Shown here piece after piece: positions 1 to 14,245 of a stretch of DNA of 64,000 nucleotides (its first letter is position 1; each line of letters opens with the position of its first letter). The DNA is from the human T2T-CHM13v2.0 reference genome, Homo sapiens. Made by a program: the position numbers and the translations under genes. The notes beneath the pieces were generated by a model. That model was given only the letters and a program-made list of their open reading frames with translations, had not been told where the DNA came from and made no database searches. The DNA is taken from NCBI RefSeq assembly GCF_009914755.1, contig NC_060937.1; one strand, given 5' to 3'.

Positions 1-217
1 GGCCCATACGTAAAGACTATGTAGTTTTATTATCATTCCTGCCGTCATCATCCTTGATCATACCATTTAAAAGCAATAGAAGTTTTAAATGGAGTAGTAG
101 AGAAAGACAATCAGGAATTAATGAGTTTAGATAAAATAAGAGTACAAGCAAACAAAGTTGATTGTGGCCATGTTATGAATGCGTGAGATTTCAACTTTTA
201 ACAAATTAATAACTTTT

Positions 218-430
218 TTTGAACACTTAGTGTGTGCCAGGCACTATTCCCACCCCTCTGCATGTACTAACTCATTTGCTCTTCCTAGCAGCCCTATAGA
301 CAGGTACTATTATTTCTGCTTTTCAGGCGAAGAAGCAGAAGTTGCTCAGGATCACACAGCTGTTAGTGCCAGGGCAAGGATTTGAACCCCGTCATTACCA
401 TGCTCATAACTACCGGACTATGCTACCTCT
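218..430 (-). mobile_element. MIR SINE
   Basis: tgtgccaggcact...taactcatt...gatcacacagct...ggatttgaaccc. Confidence 0.75.
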
Positions 431-1181
431 GAAGAAGAGATTATACAGCTTGTTGTGGCACAACACAAAACCTTAAAATGTTTTCAGCTCTTTTTTTTTT
501 ACCCATCCTTATTTTTTCCCCATATGACTATTATTTATTCAGCCTTTTGGTATCTAGCTTGCAGAATATTTCAGGGTCCCAAAGGGACTATATAAAGAGC
601 TGTCTGTAAAAGTTCTGCTTTCCTCCCAAAAGCTAGCAGTGGGAAAAACAGGCAGGAGAGATAAGGTGCAAAGCACAGGGAGGAAGAAAGAGAATAGTGG
701 AAGCAGCAGTGGTGATCTGTAGTGGTGTCTACAGTGTGCTGGTTCTGGTTGAGTTGGTACAGGCAGCCATGTCAGCAACCAAGTCTTCACTTGTTGGAGG
801 ACTCGCTTTTTACATGCTCTGGCTGGGATGGTTTTAGTTACTAGGATGTAGGGGACAGGAATAACGGCATTTGGTAGAGATTCAAAACAGCAACCAGGGA
901 TGACGAGCTGCAGACATTGATCGATATCAAGTAAATAATAAGAGATAGAAGATAAAACAGCTCTCAGGTGCCAGAAAGCAACTTGGTAATGGAGAAATAC
1001 ATATCCTAGAGAAAGGTAGACAAGTGTATTTATCCTCTCAGGAAATTACCTGGATAAGTGTACATTTCTGCAAAGCAAAATAGAGTCAAGCTCCTGAACT
1101 CCTGCTGCATAGGCTGGTAGGTGTTAATGGGTGTCTGAATGGAGAAGGATGAGGACTTCAGGTTTCTAGTAAACTTAAATG

Positions 1182-1544
1182 TGATATGGTTTGGCTGTGT
1201 CCCCACCCAAATCTCATCTTGAATTGTAGCTCCTCTAATCCCCACGTGTTGTGGGAGGAACCTGGTGGAAGGTAATTGAATCATGGGGGGCAGGTTTCTC
1301 CTGTGTTGTTCTTGTGATAGTGAATCAGTTTCATGAAATCTGATGGTTTTATAAATGGCAGTTCCCCTGCACAAGCTCTCTTGCCTGCTGCCATGTAAGA
1401 CATGCCTTTACTCCGCCTTCACTTGCCACCATGATTGTGGGGCCTCCCCAGCCATGTGGAGCTGTAAGTCAATTAAACCTTTTTCTTTATAAATTACCCA
1501 GTTGTGGGTATTTCTTCATAGCAGTATGAAAATGGACTAATACA
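1182..1544 (+). mobile_element. THE1 (MaLR) solo LTR, THE1C/D-like
   Basis: tgatatggtttggctgtgtccccacccaaatctc...ggactaataca; 5-bp TSD aaatg/taatg. Confidence 0.92.
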
Positions 1545-1932
1545 TAATGATTCCCTTGTTTGGAGGATTGTCAGATACTATATGAAAAGCGGTTTCACAT
1601 GTGCTTAAAAAAACCTGTATATGTGCCTTATGGTGTCATTATTTCTAATTTATAGATGTAGAAATAATAATATTTAGAGAAATAAAATGCTTTTTCTAAT
1701 CACATGCCAGTAGGAGATCAGCAAGCTGGGACTAGAACTCAGGTTATTTTGATTGAAATTCTTTTTTACGAAGCCCTGAGGGTTCTAAAAAGCTCGAGTT
1801 TCACTGTGAACCATTGTATGGAAAACTTAAATGTAGCCAGAAACCACATAGAGAAAATAACCAGGTTTTAAATGTTTTATAGTATAATATTTGTTGTGGT
1901 ACTCTTTTATGGGCTTTAAGAATCTAGTATGC

Positions 1933-2323
<391 letters not shown>

Positions 2324-5300
2324 TTATGAGTATTCTTTGGAAAAACTATTGTCACACAATAACATATTAATTATATCTTTATTCATTTACCATATTTGAA
2401 ATTCTCATTAAAGTTTTAAAATGTATTTTAATTATAAAAATAATTTACTTAAAAAGTTAATAAATACTAGATGTCTGTTCACACTTCATTTTTCCACTGT
2501 AAGTTGCAGATTAGATTATGATGAACAGACTATAATCTTCTAATATTCTGTGCCCTAGTAAATGAGTCCTTGCTTATGTAAGTCAGATATTTTGTTATTT
2601 TGATATCTAAGTAATTGGTTATTATGATTTATTTTTTTCTTGACAAGCTTCTGAGCTTTGTTCAGTCTTGTCAAGTCCCTGGTGAGTTTTAGATCTCTGA
2701 GTCTAGAGTTTGTTGATCGAATTAATGAATAAACCAATAGATTAGTACATTGTTGATTTTTTTTTCCCCCAAACCTTAGATCCTATTTGCTCTCTTAGGA
2801 AACTGTTTGAAAGTATTGCAACTTTTAGAGAAGTTTTGCAAATCTTAGCCACATGTCTACTAATGTTTTGCACACTATTTTTAGTTGATGAAATTTAAGC
2901 AATTTATATTTGTCTTAACTTTCCATCTATAAGGTAGTGAGAGTGGTGACAGGCTGCTCTGTTTTGCAGCTAGCATCTTTAATTGATGTTGAATTGTGGC
3001 TTTCCGTGCACACAGGGTTAAGTGAAAAGGTTGCAGTCATCTAGTGAGCATTTTCCTTTAATGTGCTCATTAGTGGTGGCAAGTCCAGGTTTCAGCACAT
3101 GTCAGTAATTTACATTTCATTGTGGAGAGGCTGCCCTTGTTCAAGAGTTGTTTCTAAGCCTGATGAATATATATTGGGAATAAACAGAGTAGAAGAATTG
3201 AAAGCCAAATACCCTGCCAGGCCTTTCAGTTGGTTCTGAAGCTTCCAGTGGATCTCTGATTAGCAATGCATAAAGCAGGATGAAAATGCAAAGATGAGGC
3301 CTACAAAAGTTGTCGCAGGTAGCTTCTCCCCTTAAATCCTCTTTTTGTGACTGCTTTTCCATTTCATCTTCTCCAAATTCTTTTTTCATGGCAGACTTCG
3401 TTAAAGTGAAAATACTCTGTGTTAGACGTAAGATGTGAATACTACAGGATCTACCTGGTTCCTGTACCCCTTCTAACTATGAAGCCAAGTCTGATCATTA
3501 TGCAATGAGTTTTCAGAAGCAAAGGGCTTGATAGGCCTCGGTTCTTAGGGATCAGATGATTGTGATTGGAATCTTTGTGATGATTCCTTCTGGGACTCAT
3601 TTTTTCCATCTTTGCCTGATTGGTAGGTACCAGCTTGTTCTGGCTTTTGAAAGCTTGCATAGATCAGTAAAGAATAACTGTGGAGGCTGTGGTCAGTGTT
3701 GTTGGGGATAGAGACAGGACTCTGAAATTGTGGTGTTTGGGAAAATCCAGAAATTTTCTTTTTGTAGAAAAACTTCATATATTAAAATGAAGCATTTTTG
3801 GAACTTGGGATTTGATTACAAGTTACTTCATGCATAGATGGTGTAGCTTTAGAAAACTCAGGCCTAGCTGTTTTTAGAAGAAAATGTTATAATTCTTTAT
3901 ACATTTTAAGTTTAATTATTTACATGTGTATAAAAATTTGGGTTTATTGCAAGAAGGTACGTTTTGATATTGCTGTTTCTGTGTGTTTGTATGATACATC
4001 TACCCATGTATCTGTCTACTTATTTATCTTTGTGGTGCTAGTCAAAACTTGCAGCTTAAGAGAATTTGTTCAGAATTGGTGGTTAGAATCAAAAGTGAGT
4101 GAATTTATGACTTACATTATTGAAAAACATTGACAAATGTCAGGACTCAAGTCCGATTTTTATTATTTTACTGTAAATCCAGTTAGATGTGATTTAGCAC
4201 TTGGATCATTTAAATATAAAGGCATGTTAGTCACAGTTTAAGTCTTTATATTAGTTTTTTTAATTAGGTAGAGTTTTAACAGAGGAGCAACATGGAAAAT
4301 GTTTATGTGTATGAGGATAAAAATGCAAGTCTTGAGAATATTAGTTTAGTAATGTTCTGATTAGTGTTTGTAGCCTTTGTAAAAAATGTAAATTTACCTT
4401 CTAGATGACTACTTGAAACTGTTGTTTTTGGATGCTTGCCAGATAAAAGCCCTGTGGGATTAAGTTCTGGTAAATCGCTTGCAAATTTGTGAGGGATATC
4501 AGTGACTTTGAGTGTTTAACTGTCCAAGCTGTCATCTACATGCGTCCTATCACTGCATTGGGTGAAAAAATTAAGTTTCTCAGCCAGTTAGAATTAAAGG
4601 TGACATCTGCTTTTAATTGGTGTTTTATTTTCTTCCAAGTCAGTAAAAATTCAGTAAGACATGAATTATCAAATTTTGCAATGCTAAGCAACTTGTCAAG
4701 TGACAGTAAGCACTACCTTGAGCAGTTGTACAGATGGGAAGTGTTAAAATGTTGATTAATCTTCCAGAGTTCTGATTATGAGAAGACTAAAGCTTATATC
4801 ATCATTGCCAGCTTTCTAGTGTCAGAGTAGTATTTATTTGTTAATTTTGTAGACCTTTTTCAATTACTGACAAATTGTGTCTTGCATAATGAAAATTTTA
4901 CTAGTTTTAATAAGACTTGGTCTATTAGACTAAGGGTCATAGATGGCAATGTAGAATTCATGTTTCTGTTGTCTATTATTTAGTAAACATATTAGATTCT
5001 TTTTAGTAAAAAACTGAAAAAAATCTAAACGTGAGCTTTAAGTTTTATTCTGTTATACACATTCATCCTGTGTTGAGAAGGGAGTATCTGTTTGAATCTT
5101 GGCAAAGGAAGTCTTGCCTGGGCCCCCTGTTGAAAAAGAAAATGGATTATTTCTGTTTTTACCATTTATAAAACATTTTAAGATGTAAAACATAAGGACG
5201 AAAAAAATCATCACCTTCAAGTAGTCCATGTAAAAATAACTCAAGTCTTCAAACATTCTCAGAACTAAAAAAGACCAAAGAAAATATTCCCATCATACTG

Positions 5301-6284
5301 ATTATGTTTCAATTTTCTAGTTACTAAAAATTAGAACATGGCACTAAGTAGACTATATAAAGTATGTCTTTAAAAATTCAACTGTGAAGGAGATCTTTTT
5401 TTTTTGATAATCATTAATATGAAAGTGAAGTTTCTCTTTTCCCTGTTATAACAGTTCTATGTAGTAGTAGAGGTAGAATTCTGAATTGAAGGTGGTTAGG
5501 ACTTATAGCAACATTTCTGGGATGAGTTTTTCAGTATTCCCGGACTTCAATTTAATTCAGGGTTTCTTTTTTGCTCTCCACTTATGAATATGTGATAAAT
5601 ATTTTATGTAGTCGTGTACTTTTGCTATAGAAAATCAGTGGATTATTTAATTTGATTCAGGAAATCTACCCTGTATGGTTATTTCGATGTTGGGTAGATT
5701 TTATTTCAACTTAAAACGTAGAAAAGATGCTTAGGCAAATGATCTAATAGTTTTAGATACATTTGGTAACTTGTATCTTAAACCCCAGGGCCAAGTTTAG
5801 CAGTCTTACACATGTTTAGAAAATAGTTGAAAAATAGAAAATTTAGGTCTTTTTAGGTAAACTATACAAAACACTTTTATAGTCATTTTGATGCCTGATA
5901 ACTTCAGGGTTCATTGCCCCTGTACATTTTTCAAATTATTTGCTTCTCAATCCATAAGGCTTTAATTTACCCCCTACTGACAAATCCCAAATGGGTTTTT
6001 AAGAATTTTGAGAGTGGTCTGCTGTAGTTGTGCTTCAGCACTGGCTTCAATTGCTGACACAGAATCTCTTAAGATGCACCAAATTTAGAAGGATAGGAGG
6101 TTCAGGCAGCATTTCCTCTGGCAAATACTAAGATTTTATTTGCGGAGGGTGGGGACGGAGATACAGAATTACTGTTTTCTGTAATATTTTTCTTTCTTTG
6201 ATCCTGTTTTAATGCCTGTTTATTAAAAAAAAATAATTTAGACACAAGATTTAGCCACATTTTTTTAATTAATTAAAATGTGTG

Positions 6285-6648
<364 letters not shown>

Positions 6649-7216
6649 TTAAGTATTTGTACCTTGACATACCCTAACACAATTAAGTATTGCTTCCATA
6701 AATAATTTTGATCTTATAATAAACATACCTTACATACTGATGAATAATATTAACACAAATGTATACTCCCTTAGAGGTGCTCAAAATGACTTTCATGCCA
6801 CCCTTCATGCCTGCTGGGTTTTAAGGCATAAGAGAAACAGATGATTTCTGCATTTTACTGGAAAAAAAAGACTAAAATGTACAGCTAGTATTGAATTGGG
6901 GTAATAATCTGCCACTTTTTTGCCCTTCAATGCTGTCGTGATCTTTTAGGGAAGTGAGGTCATGGTAGACCCGCTTGTTAATCATTTCTGCGTTTTCAGC
7001 TCAGTTTGGTCATGAATACTTGACTTGCTACCTATAGTCTTGCTTCTGTTTGCCTCTTTGCATGCAGCTCCTTAAATTGTTTAAATTACCATGCTTTCTT
7101 TATCATGTGATCCTGTCATCTATTGACAATTGATTGGATCAAGGATTAGTGCCTGACCCAAGGCAGACATCTACAGAAGGGTCATCCTCTTCCCACAATG
7201 GTTTATTTTCCTGTCT

Positions 7217-7257
7217 GTGTGTGTGTGTGTTTGTGTGTGTGTGTACGTGTGTGTGTG
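7217..7257. repeat. Interrupted (TG)n microsatellite
   Basis: Seen directly. Confidence 0.92.
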
Positions 7258-7329
7258 GTGGTCATGAATGGTGGTGGTGCCAAGAAGGTTGTGACATTTG
7301 ACTAATAACTGATGATGAGAGAAGCAGCC

Positions 7330-7600
7330 AGCACTTGGAGATCTAGAGTAAGAGCTCTCCAGGCAGAGGGAATAGCAGGTTTAAATGTTCTGAGGCTGGA
7401 ATGAGATTTGAGACATAGAATATAGAGATTGGATATAGAGAAAGGAACTGGTGTGGCAGGAGAATCATGAATGAGAAAACACGTGGTACAAGATGAGGTT
7501 GAAAGGGTAGGTGGCTCAGGGCAGATCAGTTAGGGTCATTCTAAGAAGCTGGGATTTAGGTCTGAGTGCATTGGGGAGCTGCTGGAGGAGTTTTAAGCAT
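7330..7600 (-). mobile_element. L2 fragment
   Basis: ccaggcagagggaatagcagg...tgaggctggaatgag...ggagctgctggaggagttttaagca. Confidence 0.7.
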
Positions 7601-8344
7601 GTGGTGCACTTCTGTATCACTTCTGACCTAATGTGATGCACTTCTGTATCACTGTAACAACAGTGCATATCAGACTGAAGAACTATGTGATTAAGAACAC
7701 TTTGCTACATAGGAGCAGAAAAATTTAAAGAAGAAACAGTGCCCTAGAAGAAGTTAAATTCTCTTGGGCATCCACCTGTAGACGTCCTCACTCCTTAATT
7801 TGTCCTGCTGTTCTTAGCATCATAGCTCTCTGTGAAAACAAAGCTATCTTCTAATTTATACTTTGCAAATCATTTGCTTTTCCGTAAACCCCATTCTTGC
7901 CTATTGGGGTTAATCTAATACCAAGATCCAAGATTCCTCTTCCCACAATGGTTTATTTTCCTCAGGCTGGATTATTCAGTATTGAAAAACAGCCCCATAA
8001 GACAACCCATGGGAACCATTGACCATTCAGGTCCTAAGAACAGTTAGAGTTAGGGGGTAGGTGTGGATACAGAGGTTGTATGTATGTGGTATTCCAGTTT
8101 AAGGTGGCCACTCTCTTCTGATTTCTTTCTCCTCTGATTTTGTCTCCTCCGATTTCTTTCCCCTGGTATTAATTACTAATACGCTTCTTTGACTTTCTGT
8201 CTGGCTAGTAGGTGAGGTTACGTTGCACAAATGCTTAAATGAATGCATGTATATTGGCATCCTTGTATATGGGCTTATGTTTGCACACAAATACTCAAAT
8301 TCCAGTGAAGTTTGCTTTGCCAACATCCTTTCCACCACAGGTGA

Positions 8345-8660
8345 TTTGTGGAAGCCAGTCAGGATCATTTTATCTTCCCTGACAATTATTGATTCAGGGA
8401 TTAATCAAGGCTTAAGCCATTGTGGGCCACTGAAACATGATGAAAGGCTTTCCTGGGATTCCTGGAAAAGGAACCTCCTTATTCTTAAGAGAAAGACATT
8501 GGAAGCCAGGTTCTCTTGCATTCTCCCCCACCCACCACCTTGTGAATGAGAGAGCTTAGTTGCTGCTGGCAGCCATATTGTGACCATGAGGGTAGCTAGC
8601 CTGAGGGTAAAGCTGACTTACAGAATAAGGCAGATCTGAGAGAATGGCAGAGAAATCCAG
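8345..8660. mobile_element. Old MaLR (MLT1-like) LTR fragment
   Basis: gctgctggcagccatattgtgaccatgaggg...agagaatggcagagaa resembles old MLT1 subfamilies. Confidence 0.5.
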
Positions 8661-8896
8661 AATTGGGAGATATATTTTTGGAAGAATTTCTGTCTAAAAG
8701 TGTTGGTGGGGTATGTGTTATGGCAAGAAGAGAGCTGGGATGTTTAATGGGTTAACAGCATTTTGTTCTTTATCATATATTTATTGAAAAATTTTCCTAT
8801 CCCATTGTGCTAGGCACTGAGGAAATTATTTAAAAAATAAAGTAGGGCACAGAACTTGCCTTTCCAGGAAACTCATTTACAGGTATTGGGTTTTGA

Positions 8897-9874
8897 TTCT
8901 TTCTTTCTTTCTTCTTTGGAAACAGGGTGTTGCTCTGCCGCCTAGCCGGCCAGGCTAGAGTGTGGTAGGGTGCTCATGGCTCACTGCACCTTCTGCCTCC
9001 TGGGCTCAAGCAATCCTCCCACCGTAGCCTCCTGAGTAACTGGGACTACAGGCGTGCACCACCATGCCTGGCTAATTTTTGTATTTTTTGTAGAGATGTG
9101 GTCTCGCCATGTTACTCAGGCTGGTCTCGAACTCCTGGGCTCAAGTGATCCGCTTGTCTTGATTCCTTGTATAACTGCCCCTTGTATTGGATTTGGGGAC
9201 TGAAAGAACACTTAGTTACTAATATTCTTTTTTTTGTTTTTCTTTTTCTTTTTTTCTTTTTTTTTTTTTGAGATGGAATCTCGCTCTGTCGCCCAGGCTG
9301 GAGTGCAGTGGCGTGATCTTGGCTTACTGCAACCTCTGCCTCTGTGTTCAAGCGATTCTCCTGCCTCAGCCTCCTGAGTAGCTGGGATTACAGGCACGCG
9401 CCACCACACCTGGCTAATTTTTGTATTTTTTTGTAGAGATGGGGTCTCGCCATGTTTCTCAGGCTGGTCTTGAACTCCAGGGCTCAAGTGATCTGCTTGT
9501 CTTGATTCCTTCTATAACTGCCCCTTGTATTAGATTTGGGGACTGAAAGAACACTTAGTTACTAATATTGTTTTTTTCTTTTTCTTTTTTTTTTTTTTTT
9601 TGAGATGGAGTCTTGCTCTGTTGCCCAGGCTGGAGTGCAGTGGCTTGATCTTGGCTTACTGCAACCTCCACCTCCCCGTTCAAGCGATTCTCCTGCCTCA
9701 GCCTCCTGAGTAGCTGGAATTACAGGTGTGCGCCACCACACCTGGCTCATTTTTGTATTTTTAGTAGAGACGGGGTTTCACCATGTTGGCCAGGCTGATC
9801 TCAAACTCCTGACCTCAGGTGATCCTCCTGCCTCGGCCTCCCAAAGTGCTAGGATTACAGCACTGTGCCTGGCC
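8897..9874 (-). mobile_element. Three-Alu array (AluJ, J/S chimera, AluS) produced by tandem duplication
   Basis: Three antisense Alus separated by two copies of the same spacer; agttactaatatt at 9214, 9557 and 9875. Confidence 0.92.
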
Positions 9875-11445
9875 AGTTACTAATATTCAGTTTTAAATTT
9901 TAGAAACCTAGTACTTAAAGCACATTAAACTTTGCTTACTGTGGAACCAGTGTCAGGGCTGTGAGTTGCCTTCAGTGATGTTGCTGGGTAGCCAGGCTTA
10001 TCTGTGCGTTATACGTGGGTGCTTTGAGGAATCCAACAATGAGAAGATAGCTAGCCTTGAAGACAGCACTGGAAGCAGAGAGTAGCCAGCAGTCAGTCAG
10101 TCTTCTCTCTGAGTTTATGCTCCATTCTTTGAGGTGTTTCTGCAAGCCTCTCTGCTTTCCACCTCTGCTTGTCTGGCTTGCGGCCCTGTTGGAACATGCT
10201 GACTTCATTGCTCCTAAGCCTACATGATATAGACCAGGGATCCTGAAAAGAGGAAAGCCTCTTTTTCTCTCTGTCCCCATGCCCCATTCCTAGGAAAGGG
10301 ACCCTGATAGGTCTAGTTTGGGCCAGCTGCCTTTTGCCACTCCCGTCTGTTCAGAGAGCAAGATTATGCCATTCACAAGGTCTACAACTGAAGAGGTCTT
10401 TTGCTGAGTTTGGGAAAAGGGCAGTTCAGGAAAATCAGACTAACTCTGCCACCAAATGTCTCTTAAACCACATAATTATGGGACAGTATGATAATTGCAG
10501 CAATCAAAGGCTGTTGAGTGTTGTGTACAGGAAGGTAGTGGTTAACTCTGGTAGGTTGGGGGTTGGGTACAGCTGAAGAGAAGATTGTCAAACTTCACAT
10601 AAAGGGTCTGTGTGTGTGCGTGTGGGTGCATGCATGCGTGTGTACGAAGGATTCATGAGGGGGAGTATTTTATATTGGTGTAGGTGTTGGTTTCCTCCCC
10701 AAGAATTTATTCCTATCATAAATACTCTCTGTGCCCCTGTGACAGTTTCATAACTGTGGTATCATTAGCGTTACAAAGTACAGAAGACAGAATAAAATCA
10801 TGGACTTTTTGAGCTGGAAAGACCTTGAAACTTATCTAATTTGTTTGACATACATCTTTTGATGTGGCAGATTCTGGTAAATATAAAGACAAAGCAGGTT
10901 CCCTACCCTGAAGAAGTTTATAGGGGGACTACAGCAGGGAAGAAATACTGGGAGGAGTTTCTCTGATTCCCAGGAGAGGATAGCTGGCCATCGGGGGAAG
11001 TCAGATGACGAAGTCATCCATTTTGATGGAGGAGATGTGCCCAGAAAGGCTTCATGACGAAGGTGGCATTTGAAGTAGGTCTTGAAGATAGGTAGTGTTT
11101 AGGCAGGGGAGATGATAGAGGAGAAGAATGGGACACACAGGTGGAGGGGACATTCCAGGAAGGGGCTGTAGTGTCGGGATGGCAGAAAAAGGGGTGCTGC
11201 ATTGAGCCATGAGCTGTGACAGACCTTTGAGTGTAAGAGTGTAAGAGTAAGCCCGGAAGGCGAGGGGCCCTGGGTACTGGGCTTGAATTTGTTTATACCA
11301 TTCAAGCTTTCCAGAAAACCCCTGTGAGCTTTGAAATGCTTCAGGGGAGCATTCTGTGTGAGGCTGGCTTTTTCTGCCCTTTTCCTCAATTCAGCAAATG
11401 GCAAGAAACTTGGTATCATCTTTGCCCACCTTTGCTGTTAGGCCG

Positions 11446-11667
11446 TGTGCTAGTCTGTTCTTGCCTTGCTATAAAGAAATGCCTGAGACTGGGTAATTTA
11501 TAAGAAAAGAGGTTTAATTGGCTCACGATTCTACAGGCTGTACAAGAAGCGTGGTGTCATCTGCTTCTGAGGAGGCCTCAGGAAACTTACAGTCATGGTG
11601 GAGGGCAAAGAGGAAGCAGGCACGTCTTACATGAACAGAGCAGGACTAAGAGAGAGAGGGGGAAGGT
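11446..11667 (-). mobile_element. MST (MaLR) LTR fragment
   Basis: gctataaagaaatgcctgagactgggtaatttataagaaaagaggtttaattggctcac is the reverse complement of the MSTA-type 3' half; truncated. Confidence 0.85.
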
Positions 11668-12019
11668 TATAACTATAGTAGTTATTGCTTCCTGATAGAT
11701 AATTTGTTTGTTTCTCTTTCTCCTCTGCTGAAATACAGCCTACACAACCATAGGAGTTCCTGTCTCTTGATTGTTGCTGTTTCCTCAGTACCTAGGACAG
11801 TGTCTGGCTCATATATATTTGTTTAATGAACAAATGAATAAGAGATGGGTTATTTAGCTTTAGGCCATTCATGGAAAGTTTAATACCATAAATTCTCTGT
11901 TAAGTAGGCAGATATTTATAAATACAGAAATGGCTTCTAAGGTGTCTCTGTAAGATAGCTATTCAACTGTTGCACGAGCTTATGATGACTGGAATCGTAC
12001 GCCCTTTCATCATATAGAC

Positions 12020-12368
12020 CAGCATTTGGCAGGCTTTTTTTCTGTAAAGGGCCAGATAATAAGTGTTTTAGGCTTTGTGGGCCATACTGTCACAACCATT
12101 CAACTCCATTCTAAATACTCAGCTCTTCTGTTGTAGTGTGAAAGCAGCCCTAGACTATAGGTAAATGAATGGGTATGGCTGTGTTTCAATACAACTTTCA
12201 TTATGAATACTTAAATGGGAATTTCATGTAATTTTAACATGTCACGAAGTATTACTCTGCTTTTGATTTTTTTCAACTATTTAAAAACATAAAAAACCTT
12301 TCTTAGCTCATAGACTACAAACGTGGTGGGCTGGATTTGGCCTGTAGGCTGTAATTGGCCAGTACTTG
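12020..12368 (+). mobile_element. MER58B-like hAT-Charlie DNA transposon
   Basis: ttttctgtaaagggccagata...ggctggatttggcctg; degenerate 8-bp TSD atatagac/ttatagag. Confidence 0.8.
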
Positions 12369-12459
12369 TTATAGAGCTTTCTGTCTTCCTCATCTTTAAT
12401 GGTTAGAAAATTCTTCATTGTATTAACTGAAATCTATCTGTTTAGAATATTTACCTATT

Positions 12460-13430
<971 letters not shown>

Positions 13431-13945
13431 TAAATTTCTTTCAGTAACATTTATTAGTTTCCTGCTTAGAAGTATTGTGCATTTTCACTGTATTTATTAT
13501 TAGAAGTTTGAGTCTTAAAAATTATTCAGTTTTCTCTTTGATTTCAGTCTTACCATTCCATCTAGTTAAAATAGCTTTGAATCAATATTTTATCATTCTT
13601 TTTCAGCATTGGTTCATCATTGAATTAGGCAATCAGTGTCTTTGTGTGGCGTTATACAAGTATTTAGTAAAAATATCCATTAGGGAAGGGCCAAAAGTAG
13701 AGTAGGGCTTTTTAGTTAGACAAAAATGGACTATTCAATGATCTGGATATGGCGTTTGAAACAATTGTGTATCTGTACAAATATATTTAGTTTAATACAC
13801 ACTTGTCTGTGTTGTCCATAAGCACACATTTGAATATGGCCACGAGAAAGATTTTGGGTGACCATGTGGATAAAAAAATTATTTGGTACAGTTATTTCTG
13901 CTAATGGATGGGGAATGTATAGTAATATGGAAAGTACAAAATAGG

Positions 13946-14245
13946 GGCCGGGCGTGGTGGCTCATGCCTGTAATCCAGCACTCTGGGAGGTTGAGGTGGG
14001 TGGATCACTTGAGGCCAGGAGTTTGAGACCACCCTGGGCAAAATGACGAAACCCTGTCTCTACTAAAAATACAAAAATGGTTCAGGTGTGGTGGCACGTG
14101 CCTGTAGTCCCAGCTACTCAGGAGGCTGAGGCAGGAGAATCACTTGAACAGGGAGGTGGAGGTTGCAGTGAGCCAAGATCGCATCACTGCACTCCAGCCT
14201 GGGTGAGAGTGAGATTCCATCTCAAAAAAAAAACAAAAAAAAAAA
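13946..14245 (+). mobile_element. AluS
   Basis: Full dimer; TSD tacaaaatagg. Confidence 0.95.

Noticed and set aside
3141-3778. Cluster of three minus-strand ORFs as a possible pseudogene
   Set aside because: No recognisable protein similarity, poly(A) tail or TSD.
9975-10470. Purine/pyrimidine-patterned stretch with several ORFs
   Set aside because: Probably an old LTR remnant, but I could not assign a family or termini, and the ORFs have no homology I recognise.
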